From Eledone cirrhosa (Eukaryota), in NCBI GenBank assembly GCA_964016885.1, contig OZ024743.1, positions 214,892,001 to 214,956,000 on the forward strand: 64,000 nt of DNA. The letters run 5' to 3'. This document shows, one piece after another, positions 1 to 10,781 of the stretch. The position numbers and the translations under genes were made by a program. Under the pieces are notes generated by a model. It did no database searches, was not told the DNA's origin, and saw only the letters and a list, made by a program, of their open reading frames with translations. Every line of letters starts with the position of its first letter. Position 1 is the first letter of the stretch.

Positions 1-964
1 GTCCGCTGGCTCCTAGAAGTCTTATATATTTTTATGTGATCTGATAGAGGGCAGTTTAAGGATTTACAGAAACCCAAGAAGCTAGATTTACCATCTTTCT
101 AGCGGGTCCGGGTATGCTTTTTACATTCATTTGATTTATTGATTTATTGATATTTTATCTGAGTGTCCCGAATCTTCCAGATCGCAATTTTTCGGTCGTA
201 TGGTTGATTATAGACTTGTTCTATGTGTGACGCTATTTTACCGATAGTTATAGCTCTGATTTATCTGAATTATTGAGCCCTCTGCCGCTCATTTCGAATT
301 TTGTTTATCGTGATCTCGTGCGCCGATTTTTCGATACTCGATTATTCTACTATATTTAGCTCTAGACCTAGCTATTGACCAGTTAATTTTATTGTTCATT
401 TTTTGTCGATTCTATTAAATGATGAATAGCTCCTGTTTATTTTAACATGTCTATTGAGCACTCTTATTCGATATGTGTATTTCCACATTTTCCCGAATAT
501 CTTTTGCGGATATAGAGGTTATCTCCCTTGCTGAATTCCATGTGCGTTTTTTCAGCCTGGGTTATGCCTTTTCATTCGTGCGGACAAAAGCTCGTTGAGG
601 AAGTAAATTCCGGTCCGCTGGCTCCTAGAAGTCTTATATATTTTTATGTGAGCTGATAGAGGGCAGTTTAAGGATTTACAGAAACCCAAGAAGCTAGATT
701 TACCATCTTTCTAGCGGGTCCGCGTATGCTTTTTACATTCATTTGATTTATTGATTTATTGATATTTTATCTGAGTGTCCCGAATCTTCCAGATCGCAAT
801 TTTTCGGTCGTATGGTTGATTATAGACTTGTTCTATGTGTGACGGTATTTTAACGATAGTTATAGCTCTGATTTATCTGAATTATTGAGCCCTCTGCCGC
901 TCATTTCGAATTTTGTTTATCGTGAACACGTGCGCCGATTTTTCGATACTCGATTATTCTACTA
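1..964 (+). repeat. 612-bp non-coding tandem repeat (about 1.6 units visible) carrying a hammerhead-like motif; retrozyme/pLTR-like
   Basis: Sequence at 1 recurs almost identically at 613 and runs to about 964, then ends in (TA)n. No ORF. Confidence 0.9.
590..725 (+). ncRNA. Type I hammerhead-like ribozyme with C3U core and expanded stem II
   Basis: GCUCG-UUGAGGA-A-GUAAAUUCC...(about 60 nt)...GGAUUUAC-A-GAAA-CCC..GCUAGA/UCUAGC..GGGUC-CGCGU. Predicted cleavage after C720, with the equivalent site at C108. Confidence 0.6.
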
Positions 965-1056
965 TATATATATATATAAACATATATATAATAAATATAA
1001 TGAATATAATGATATATTGCGTTGATTACATGTGCCAACAAACCGTTTATACATAG

Positions 1057-1299
1057 TTATAGATTTAAAAAAAAATGAATATGGCGTTCGGAAAATATTC
1101 CTACCTTGTTAGAGTATCCTCGAAATTTCATGTCAAAATATCCCTTTGGAAGTTTTACATCGATGTAAAACATAACCTCACAGTATAACCTAAACAAACG
1201 TAGAGTGAGTGTAAATTGTGTATAAACCAACCCGACGGAAACAACGAATATGTTTCGATCATATATCTCCTTAGAGGTACACCTTGGTAACACACACAA
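1057..1299 (-). pseudogene. Possible decayed LRR fragment
   Basis: Peptide KLPKGYF resembles the LRR LPxGxF motif; same strand as the other relics. Confidence 0.25.
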
Positions 1300-2097
1300 T
1301 CAGGGTATTATTACCATCTATTTTCCTCTATTCATATCTAACAATATCTATTGACTTCAAGTTTCCTAGAAGTTATAGTTAACTCTTTGAATGTATTAGA
1401 TACTTTATTCTGAGGACAATAATTTCGGAGTGTTTATCTCGTATTTAGCAATGAAATATTTTGTGAATCTTTGCAATAACATTTTACATATACCACAAAA
1501 TAGAGTTGCAAAGAGCAAGAAGTGTTTATGTATACACATGCATTTATCGTTTCATTTTCTTCATGTATCAAAGACACAATAGACGAAACAAAATACAATC
1601 TTCCAAAGATTAAAGTACAAAAGAATCAATATATTAATATGCAGAAAAAAGAATCATTTTATCACACAGTACAATCGGTGCCAATTTTATCCCAGCTTCG
1701 ACAACTTGGTGAAAGATATTCTAGTATAGCTTGGGATAATTGACAAATTACTTCCTGACTAGACGGGAAATATATGGTAAATTTCAATTAGCTAATCTAA
1801 AATCAATTCTGCATCTATTTCCACTCTTTCTTCTTTTTGTTTGCCACAAGCGAATATGTATAAACATATGCGCTCGCACGCATATATATAAAATATACAT
1901 GCACGCATACATGAATATATATATGTATATACACATATGTGTATGCGTATGCGTTTGTGTGTCGTATATATACATATGTATAAACACATATATATATTTA
2001 TATACATACATATGTATATATATGTATATATATATATATATGTCGTTTCTGAATTTGTTTAGCAACACTTTTTATCTGAAAACGTGTGTTGAAACCG

Positions 2098-2239
2098 ATA
2101 TTGTTATACTTTGGGAGGGTCATGTTGCTAATAAGAAACACACGCACCAGATGCTTTCACTTCAATTTATTATAATAAATTTAAGTGAACGCATCTGGTG
2201 CGTGTGTTTCTTATTGGCAACATGACCCTCCCAAAGTAT

Positions 2240-2247
<8 letters not shown>
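2098..2247. repeat. Near-perfect 150-bp palindrome (fold-back of a dispersed repeat)
   Basis: Arms of about 75 bp centred on ttattataataa at 2172/2173. A related single copy (atgaccctcccc..agtat) lies at about 9935-9962. Confidence 0.9.
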
Positions 2248-2290
<43 letters not shown>

Positions 2291-2779
2291 CTCACCTTGT
2301 CCGACCGGCGCGTCGAGCGCTGTTCGGTGCCGCTGGTCACAACACGTTGCTCTTTTAGCCATACAATGACGCCATCCCACTGGCTGGGCAGGCCGATATA
2401 TATATATATATATATTTTTTTTTTTCATGTATGTATGTATATGTATATATATATACACATATACAAACATTCATACATAACATATAGGATATATCAGTTC
2501 AAGAATGTGTCAATTGCCATTAAGCATATGTAGTAAAAACTTACTTCTAATCTGAATTTGTGTTAAGCAGAATTAAAAATTTAGCATTTAATCTGGAGTA
2601 TAAATAATTTAGTGAATTTTTAATTCTAGATAATATTTATGGCAACCCTGACATACATAGCTAGTAATGAAAATAAATACCTCTTTATGCTTACGTGATT
2701 GAATAATACAAAAAAATATTTCCCCAGACGAAGGATTCATTTCATGGAATGCAGGTACTGCTGCAGTAATGTGTCAGCT

Positions 2780-3295
2780 TCAGCATTCGGTTAACAGAAG
2801 ACGTGAAGTAGATGTAAAAGCCATACACACGAGTTTCAAATTATTATTCGTGCCAGAACTTACCGATAGTCGTGAGTATTGGGGAATGACCGAAAGAATA
2901 TGATTGTGAACAAATGCGGCCGACAAAGATTTCCTCCGAAAGATCTTTGGGGTAAAGTAACTCAAAAGATGGCGTGCCTTGGAGATCAATGTGTCCACCA
3001 TTTCTCTGGTTTAAGAGATCACAACTCCGGTACTATGGCCATGTGGCTAGAATGTCTCAGGAAATATCAATGGACTGATTGTACGAATAAAATTGACCAG
3101 CAGGAGACCCAGGGGCAAATCCCGAGCAGGCTGCTTCTGACAGGAAACCTCGCTATACATAGATTGCCATGGGGTATTCTTTCCTTTAGAATACGATATA
3201 TCTCGTATAACAGATTTTGGCCATGTTCTACATATGTAGAGCAATACTGTAAGCGCTCTTGTTTGATACACTTCAACTTTCGTGCTCACACTCAT
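2780..3295 (-). pseudogene. Decayed LRR/TLR ectodomain fragment
   Basis: Peptides EVSCQKQPARDLPLGLL (LRRNT-like), NFIRTISPLIFPETF and HNHILSVIP across shifted frames. Confidence 0.4.
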
Positions 3296-3640
3296 TTCAG
3301 AATGTTATCACGTGAGCTACTCCAGTTTTTCAAAGGCATCGAAAGATATAGACAGCCGGTCGGTGACATATTTTGCGGTAGCTAGTCCCTGAGAGAGTAA
3401 TACCCAGGTAGAAGTATTTAGCCACAACCACCGATTTCAGGTAACGGCCAGATCAAACCCATCACACACTACCGATAAGATGTCTATCGGTGTTTTAATG
3501 TCTTTTTCCTTGTGGCTAACTAGATGACTATCCTCTGCATAAAGATAACCTATGAATGCAATAAATTTGTTGTTTCAGGCAGGGAATAGCTAAACTAATT
3601 TCCTCTTGGTGTATATCGTAAATATATATATATATATATA

Positions 3641-3739
3641 TATTTATTAAAATAACAGATTAAAGTTTAAGCAAAGAATCGCTGCTTTCACCCTTAACGG
3701 GATCTTCTGAAACTAACAAAGTCAATCTGTAAACGCAGA
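3641..3739 (-). repeat. Inverted partial pLTR of the PLE at 4.4-6.7 kb, containing an antisense copy of its hammerhead motif (3654-3730)
   Basis: Reverse complement of about 4398-4496. Confidence 0.85.
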
Positions 3740-3751
3740 CACATACATAAA

Positions 3752-3817
3752 CGCACACACATACCTACATGTAAATACACGAACATTCGTGTATTTACAT
3801 GTAGGTATGTGTGTGCG
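3752..3817. repeat. Perfect hairpin, 32-bp arms with 2-nt loop
   Basis: cgcacacacatacctacatgtaaatacacgaa-ca-ttcgtgtatttacatgtaggtatgtgtgtgcg. Confidence 0.9.
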
Positions 3818-4405
3818 CTTGTTATATACGTATTTATTTATTTATATACGTTTATATAATTATTTATTTATTTATTTGTATACACGCATACACACACACA
3901 CATATTTATATGCGCGTGGTTTTGTATACCTATGGTAAGTGTTTTGCGTATGCTTGTGTATGTACGTATCTGTTTGCGTGTATGTATTTTTTTATTTCTA
4001 TTACTTCTGTATTGTATTTATTTACTTTGTTCTTAACTCTGTAGCGGAGATTCATTCGGTCTCCTAGTTAGAATTTAGTCTACGACTTCTGCTATAACAT
4101 TTATGTGGTTTTGTCTTTGCGTACTATTGTTCTCCACGGTCCACATATGACGTATTATCTTCGTTTTTTTTCGTTCATTGCCAGAGAACGTCTCTATGAA
4201 CCACCTAAGAGTACATTAGTCTACGACCTCTTTTATACCATAAACGTGGTTCTGTCTTTGCGCGTAATTGCTTTTCACCGCTCCTATTAATGACGTATCT
4301 TATTCGTTTTTCCCCGTTCTTTGCCAGCGAACGTGTCCACGAACCAAAGTATCGTCTTCCTGTCTTCCCCCGGTTGCAAGGTTTTGAAATATCCACTTCT
4401 GCGTT

Positions 4406-4483
4406 AACAGATTGACTTTGTTAGTTTCAGAAGATCCCGTTAAGGGCGAAAGCATCGATTCTTTGCTTAAACTTTAATCTGTT
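4406..4483 (+). ncRNA. Type I hammerhead-like ribozyme with CAGAAGA (U4A) core
   Basis: Stem I AACAGAUUGA/UUAAUCUGUU plus AGUUU/AAACU with a 7-nt bulge; stem II CCC-GUUAA-GGG; GAAA; stem III AGCA/UGCU; predicted cleavage after U4468. Confidence 0.65.
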
Positions 4484-4627
4484 ATTTTAATAAATATTTG
4501 CCCTACGGTTCTTATATATTTGATATATATTTATCCTTATCGAGCCCTCTTTGGATTTTAGTCTTGAAATGTATTATTATTACTATTTAGCTCCCTCGGT
4601 TGAGCACTCTACTGACTTATATTCATC

Positions 4628-6739
4628 ATGCAGAAACAACATCTGAATATTTCTACAAAGAACATACCCGTACCAAGCAGGAAAACATACCTAAAACTCC
4701 TGATACAGAAAACAGACTCGTTCATTAAAAGTTTGCGTTGGCGTGCCTTTTATTTCGATAACCCGCGAAAAGCGGACAACACACAGGATAAATTTGGATT
4801 TAAAACCTATAATAACCCCCCCGTGTAACCCAGCATTGCTACCCTTCGAAAATGATGTCTTGGAACTCATTCGGAGTATCAAATTTCGGAATAGGAGCAA
4901 TTCCTTTCAGCAAGACCTGAAGAATAGAATTCGTTCTATTAAGGATTTTAATGCCGTGCACGTCCATTCCGACAAAACTGGCAACCTATATCAAGTGGAG
5001 CGCAGTACTTACCATCAACTACTACATAATGCTGTAACTAAGGATTACCGTAAAACTAATCGGTGCGTCATCAATGAAATCAACGATGCTGGGTTTAAAA
5101 TCTCATCTGATCTCAACATCCTGGACCGGACCGAACCTCTGGACCCTATTTCTCCTCACTTTACCCTGAGTGATCACAAATCCAGTTTTCCGAACAACCA
5201 CTCTATTCGGCTTATTAACCCTACGAAGTCCGATTTAGGTAGACTTAGTAAAACGATTCTTGATAGAATTATACCTGAAATTAGAAGTTTGGCCCCTCTT
5301 GCACTGTGGAACAATTCTTTCGCGGTGATTGATTGGTCCAACGGCATATGTAACAAGGAACATTGCCGTTTTATCCAATTCGACATCAACAATTACTACT
5401 CCTCCATCACTTTACCACTTCTCCTTAGAGCTATAAATTTCGCTAAAACACTCACAATGGTTAAGGATTTCGAAGTTGATGTCATCATCAATGCCCGAAA
5501 GTCGGTGATTAATTTCGACGACTCTATTTGGATTAACAAATCCAATAGTACCCCATTCGACGTGAGCATGGGCGCCAGTGATTCTGCGGAGGTTAGGGAT
5601 CTTATCGGCCTTTTCTTTCTTTTCTCTATCAAGGACGAATTCCCCAACGCGGGCGGTGGTTTGTACCGTGACGATGGTCTTTTGACCATGACTAAGTGCG
5701 GACCTCGTGCTTGCGACAGGTTCAGAAAAGAACTCACATACTTCTTTAAAGGCTTCAACCTCTCTATACAGGTTGAGGCCAATCTCTCGGTCGTTAATTA
5801 CCTTGACGTTACCCTCAATTTATTGAATGGGTTATATTACCCGTATAGAAAGCGGAATGATACGCTTAATTACATAAGTAAGCATTCCAACCATCCTACC
5901 AGCATAACCAAGAACCTTGTAAGAAACGTTTCGTTGAGGCTTTCCCGTCTTTCCACCAACGAGCGTATTTTCAACGACCATTCCACTTATTACAATGAAG
6001 CTCTTGCTCGAAGTGGATTTGTCGATAAGGAAGCATATACAGAGTACGAAATTAAACCTAGAAGAAATAGATCCCGTCGCATTTTGTTGGTATAACCCAA
6101 CATATAATATGGAGGTGGCCACACCATTAGCTAAGATATTTCTTTCCCCCTACACATAAATATAGTAAAATTTTTAATAGAAATACTATTAACATTTCTT
6201 ACTCTCCGACTCCTAACCTTACACATAACATCACAGCTTCAAATTTAGCTAAAGTACCTAGCCGTAGGAACACATGCAACCCTGTAGTTAGTACTAGCTG
6301 TAATTGAAGGAATCGGGTTGATCGCCCCCTATCCGGGAAATGCCTATCTAGTAACATTGTTTACAAATGTAAGGTTGTAACACCCACGTCCCGTAGGGCC
6401 GACATAGGGTTAACCGCCAATAGATTCAAGCAGCGTCTCTACACACATACCCATTCTTTTCGTTACCCTCTAAGAAGTTATATGACGTCACTTTCAGCTT
6501 ATATCTGGAGTCTAAAAGACAACCACACTCAATATAAGTTACACTGGGAGATCCTAGCTAGGGCTAGATCGTATAATGGAAATAAAAGACCATGTGACTT
6601 CTTCGCCACTGAGGCCCTGGAAATACTCTACGCCACAGACCACATCTTAAACAAAAAATCTGAGGCAATTTCGGCTTGTAAACATAAATTGCACAAAACT
6701 TTTCTGTATTACAGCCCCACGTTATACCCTAATGGATAG
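4628..6739 (+). pseudogene. PLE reverse transcriptase/GIY-YIG endonuclease ORF, disrupted
   Basis: ORF pieces 4628-4828, 4743-6095 and 6482-6739, joined by frameshifts (one at a C run near 4820) and a TGA at 6305. Confidence 0.9.
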
Positions 6740-7016
6740 TACCATCTATACGTGTATATTTTACATCTTGATGTTGGGAGCTAAGTATATGTTTTGTTTA
6801 TACCATTACTTATTTGCATAGGTAAATATATATTACCCGTATGTTCTGTGAAGGTACGTATACCTTCTCGTACGTATATGTGATTGTTTATTTTATGGCG
6901 TAAAAAAAACAAAAAAAACTAGTCCTGTAGAAGCCTTTCTATATTAAATATTTATACTCTGCTATGTATTGGGTATACTACCTACTGTGGTCACCACCGA
7001 TTGAACGCGGGATAAA

Positions 7017-7053
<37 letters not shown>

Positions 7054-7164
7054 GTAATCTGCAAGAATCAGTTTTATACGTAAAATATCGATTCAAACCT
7101 AACGACTTGTATTTACATAGGCACATGGCGTCGTAACAAAATATTATTTATCGTCTCATAAAGG

Positions 7165-7450
7165 TATTGTAAACATCAGACGGCAGAACATTTCTAAAAG
7201 TAAATTTGGCAAATTAACATGAATCTAAGGAAAGCTATAAAGACACGAATTTTTATTGGTTCGGTGGCATATCGACGTAAATCTGACTCGTGTTCCCCAT
7301 ATATTTACTCATACCCTTATCTGATAATTCTCCCGTAACGTCCACCTGCATCACACATTCCGTCTATTTCTCTTGGTACGTTAGCTGGTTAGTTCATTAT
7401 ATAAGGTAAAGCACGTCCACAGCAATTATTCCTAGTGTAACTCATGTACC
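7165..7450 (-). pseudogene. Decayed LRR fragment
   Basis: By-eye translation gives TLYNELTS* (about 7385-7408) and LPSDVY (about 7170-7186). Confidence 0.35.
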
Positions 7451-7984
7451 TATTACTGTTAGATTCAAAAGTCTCTTTTCCTGATTTTATTTCAATGTTT
7501 AATAAATTTTGTCGCGTTATTGTTTTTAACATTTTATTATTCCCGGGCGAGAGCCATTATGTTTGTTCAACTATGTGCTGTCTAATTTATGTAAGCTTAT
7601 CATATCTTCTTGTATTATCTTACATACATTCCTGCAAGAAATTTAAAAAACGTATAATCTGTTCCAGATAGACGACAGAGGAACGATGATTTTTCTATAT
7701 AGTAAATTTTTGCGTCACCTGTCAATCCTGAAGTAATATTTATTACCGTTAACACACATATATATTATAACTCCTAAGATACTGTTTTCACTGTGAGTAA
7801 TAGCCCTCCTTTTCTTTTCTCTCTTTCACTCTATTTATCTCTCTCGCTCTCTTTGTGTATACACATCTCTCACAAAATGTTCCCTCTGTCTTCTCATATT
7901 CTGGCACACACATTTCGTCCACACACACACATATATATATATGTATATATATATTTATAATAAAGAGGATGTGGTAAAACAACA

Positions 7985-8212
7985 AGGGGGCCATAACGCA
8001 CCAGGGTACTCAATACTTAGGGTAGTAGAGTGGGTAACATGAAAAGAGTCTGGACCCCGTAGTAGTAACTATTGTGTTACTACTTCTACCAAACTCATCC
8101 TATGGACTGAGTGCTCTACCACTACGGATATTACCTTCCAGGGTTCTACCTATATGTATATAGCTGTTGAAACGGCCGGAGCTCAGTCGTCGGGTCCTGA
8201 CTCTTTTCCTTT
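7985..8212. mobile_element. Short repeat family C fragments interleaved with an inverted piece of family B pLTR
   Basis: Motif gtactcaatacttagggtagtagagtggg is shared with the 17.1, 27.4, 38.6 and 51.1 kb copies; 8075-8155 is an inverted copy of 8222-8310. Confidence 0.75.
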
Positions 8213-8221
8213 ATATATATA

Positions 8222-8890
8222 TATAGGTAGAACACTGGAAGGTAATATCCGTAGTGGTAGTGCACTCAGTACATGGGACGAGTTTGGTAGTAGTAACACA
8301 ATAGTTAGTTCCCCATACCGAGAACAATAGTGTCACCTTAGCTGATTTTCAGCTCGGACTGGTCATGGTTATACGGAACAGTAAGAACATCCGTATGAAC
8401 GCGAATGCGCAGAAACGGTTGCTCCACCAAAGTGATACTAAGCTACGGGCGAACGGTGTGATGTTGGTAACTTCTAAAGTTCGGAAATGATGCTCGAATT
8501 GATTAGAAAATTAGAATGTTGTTGCTACTCAATCCGGAGCTTTGTAGTTATGCAAGAGGTGTTTCCAGACAAGTGGACAACGTGAGAAGATTTCATTACT
8601 TGAATTTAGGTAAATCTCCTTAGAATATTTATCCTTTCTTCAATACACAGTCCACAAGACGGATTGCCTCTTGCGTATGGCTTGGACTTAATGATAGATT
8701 TCCATTGAATGGAGTAGTCTATACCTGAGTCCTTCAGGGACCATAAGTGGCTCACATGTTTCGTGGAGGATTGTTTGACCGGGTACCTAAAGGTCAAATA
8801 TCCCACATCGGATTTGACCTACTGTGGTTGGTTTGGTCGGTTGGCAGTGGCCAAAGCTTCATAAACTACCTACAGCGTAAGTGTTGCATT
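8222..8890 (-). mobile_element. PLE family B 3' fragment (GIY-YIG C-terminus plus pLTR with decayed HHR at 8313-8368)
   Basis: SHLWSLKDSGIDYSIQW..KPYARGNPSCGLCIEER; homologous to the 44.6-45.3 and 56.4-57.1 kb regions. Confidence 0.9.
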
Positions 8891-8894
8891 TAGA

Positions 8895-9772
8895 CTAAAC
8901 ATAAGATAGGGAAAGCCACCTCATGGTACCACAACCAGCGATACCAGAGTGTCATGTTCGTGGACACTACCCTTGCAGGGAAATTAGCTAACCAGTGTAG
9001 AAAATGCCATGAGAAAGACGCAGTTAAAGATTAAGCTAGTAGAAAAGCCAGGAACTACCACAAAATCCCTGATCAGCAAAACATACCCTTTTAAGAAAAC
9101 CCATTGTACTAATAGGAAATGTATTATATGTAAAGTAAACCCCTGGATAAACTGTAAAACTAGAAATGTAGTCTATAGCATAAGATGTACAGAGGGTACT
9201 TGCAGAAACATGACAGCAATATACATAGGCAAGACACCTCGTAGCATAGGTGAAATGATAGATCAACTCTGGGGGTAACTAAAATGACGAATATAACGGC
9301 TCAGAACTATACGAACACGCCAGACAACAACATGACGGTAACATAGACAACATAGAAATTAAAATAATATCTAAACATAGAATTGACCCAACAGATAGGC
9401 AAATCAGAGTGGCATGTGAAATAGAACTTAGAAGGCCAAAGCTAAACAGAAAAAATGAATGGAATAACAACAGCCAAACAAACAATACTGACTTAAGAGA
9501 AATATAAATATATAAATAAATATATACACAATAACAAAAAAACATATACAAACACACACTAGTAAACTAAGATAGAATACAATAACCAAAACACAGTCAC
9601 CCAAACGCGAACACACACGCAAACGCATGCGCAAAGAAGGAGACAAAAATAAATAAATAAATAAAAAAAAACAGATTAAATAAAGATGGCGTAGATTTAC
9701 AATACAACAGGAGGAACATAATAACACCACTGACGACGTTGCAGATGTGCAACGGAAGAACTTTGTTAGACT
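8895..9772 (+). mobile_element. PLE 3' fragment of a different clade (GIY-YIG with Cys-rich linker) ending in an HHR-like motif
   Basis: KLVEKPG..C..KCIICK..NCKTRNVVYSIRC..C..IYIGKT.RS; CUGACGA-CGUUGCA-GAUG-UGCAACG-GAAG at 9730-9758. Confidence 0.8.
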
Positions 9773-9992
9773 ATATATATATATATATGTGTTCGTGTCT
9801 ATATTGTATCTATATTTTTGACCGTTGGTCAGTCAATGGTAAACTTTGAGGGCCGAATAAATTAACTGATATAAAGATACATAAGTGAAAACCAAATAGT
9901 GAGTTTTTTCTGTTATACATTCTGGCAATATTATTACAACAATATGACCCTCCCCGAGTATAAATATATATATATATATATAAATATATATA

Positions 9993-10077
<85 letters not shown>

Positions 10078-10082
10078 TACAT

Positions 10083-10282
10083 TTTAAGCAAAGAATCGCT
10101 CTTTTCACACTTACCGGGATTTTCTGAAGATCCCGTTAAGGATGAAAGCAGCGATTCTTTTCTTAAACTTTAATCTGTTATTTTAATATATATTTTCTCT
10201 AGGGTTCTTATATATTTGATATATATTTATCCTTATCGAGCCCTCTTTGGATTTTAGTCTTCAAATTTATTATTATTACTAT
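10083..10282 (+). mobile_element. Family A pLTR fragment with a head-to-head inverted junction inside the hammerhead motif
   Basis: 10125-10282 matches about 4430-4585; 10084-10125 is the inverted arm. Confidence 0.85.
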
Positions 10283-10324
10283 ATATATATAAATATATAT
10301 ATATAGTTAAAACACACAAGTTAT

Positions 10325-10717
10325 TATATATTGGTAAACGGAATAGAAAATGGTGACAAATTGTTCACAGTTGAAAAATGGTTTAATTAGGAATAAAAGA
10401 GTATTAGTGATTGTATGGGTTAGTATTCAGTTGTGGTTTTAAGTTTTTAAGTTTTTACCGGTTGCGCATTTCTAAATGCTTTTCAAAAATAATTTTGAGA
10501 TAGAGTGTCCGTGCTGTTTGCTCTGATCTGAGCAAACAGCACGGACACTCTATCTCAAAATTATTTTTGAAAAGCATTTAGAAATGCGCAACCGGTAAAA
10601 ACTTAAAACTTAAAACCACAACTGAATACTAACCCATACAATCACTAATACTCTTTTATTCCTAATTAAACCATTTTTCAACTGTGAACAATTTGTCAGC
10701 ATTTTCTATTCCGTTTA

Positions 10718-10727
<10 letters not shown>
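10325..10727. repeat. About 400-bp near-perfect palindrome (200-bp arms, 6-nt loop)
   Basis: Arms 10325-10523 and 10530-10727; the same sequence occurs unfolded at about 26630-26850. Confidence 0.95.

Positions 10728-10781
<54 letters not shown>

Larger units (their letters stand above)
4040..7020 (+). mobile_element. Penelope-like retroelement (family A, Naiad-like), near full length, frameshifted
   Basis: N-terminal STKNIPVPS..YLKLLIQK..LRWRA, RT motifs QFDINNYY, MGA and GLYRDD, GIY-YIG relic CN*RN..PLSGKCL..NIVYKC..DIGLT..FKQR. The 5' region has a 2x ~140-bp subrepeat (4079-4350) and an HHR-like motif. Confidence 0.9.

Noticed and set aside
1740-2533. ORFs rich in YI/CV/TH dipeptides here and throughout the window
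   Set aside because: Translations of (TA)n and (CA)n microsatellites, not genes.
4079-4350. ATGAC motifs in the 140-bp subrepeats as SECIS elements
   Set aside because: No apical AA loop or matching GA quartet found.
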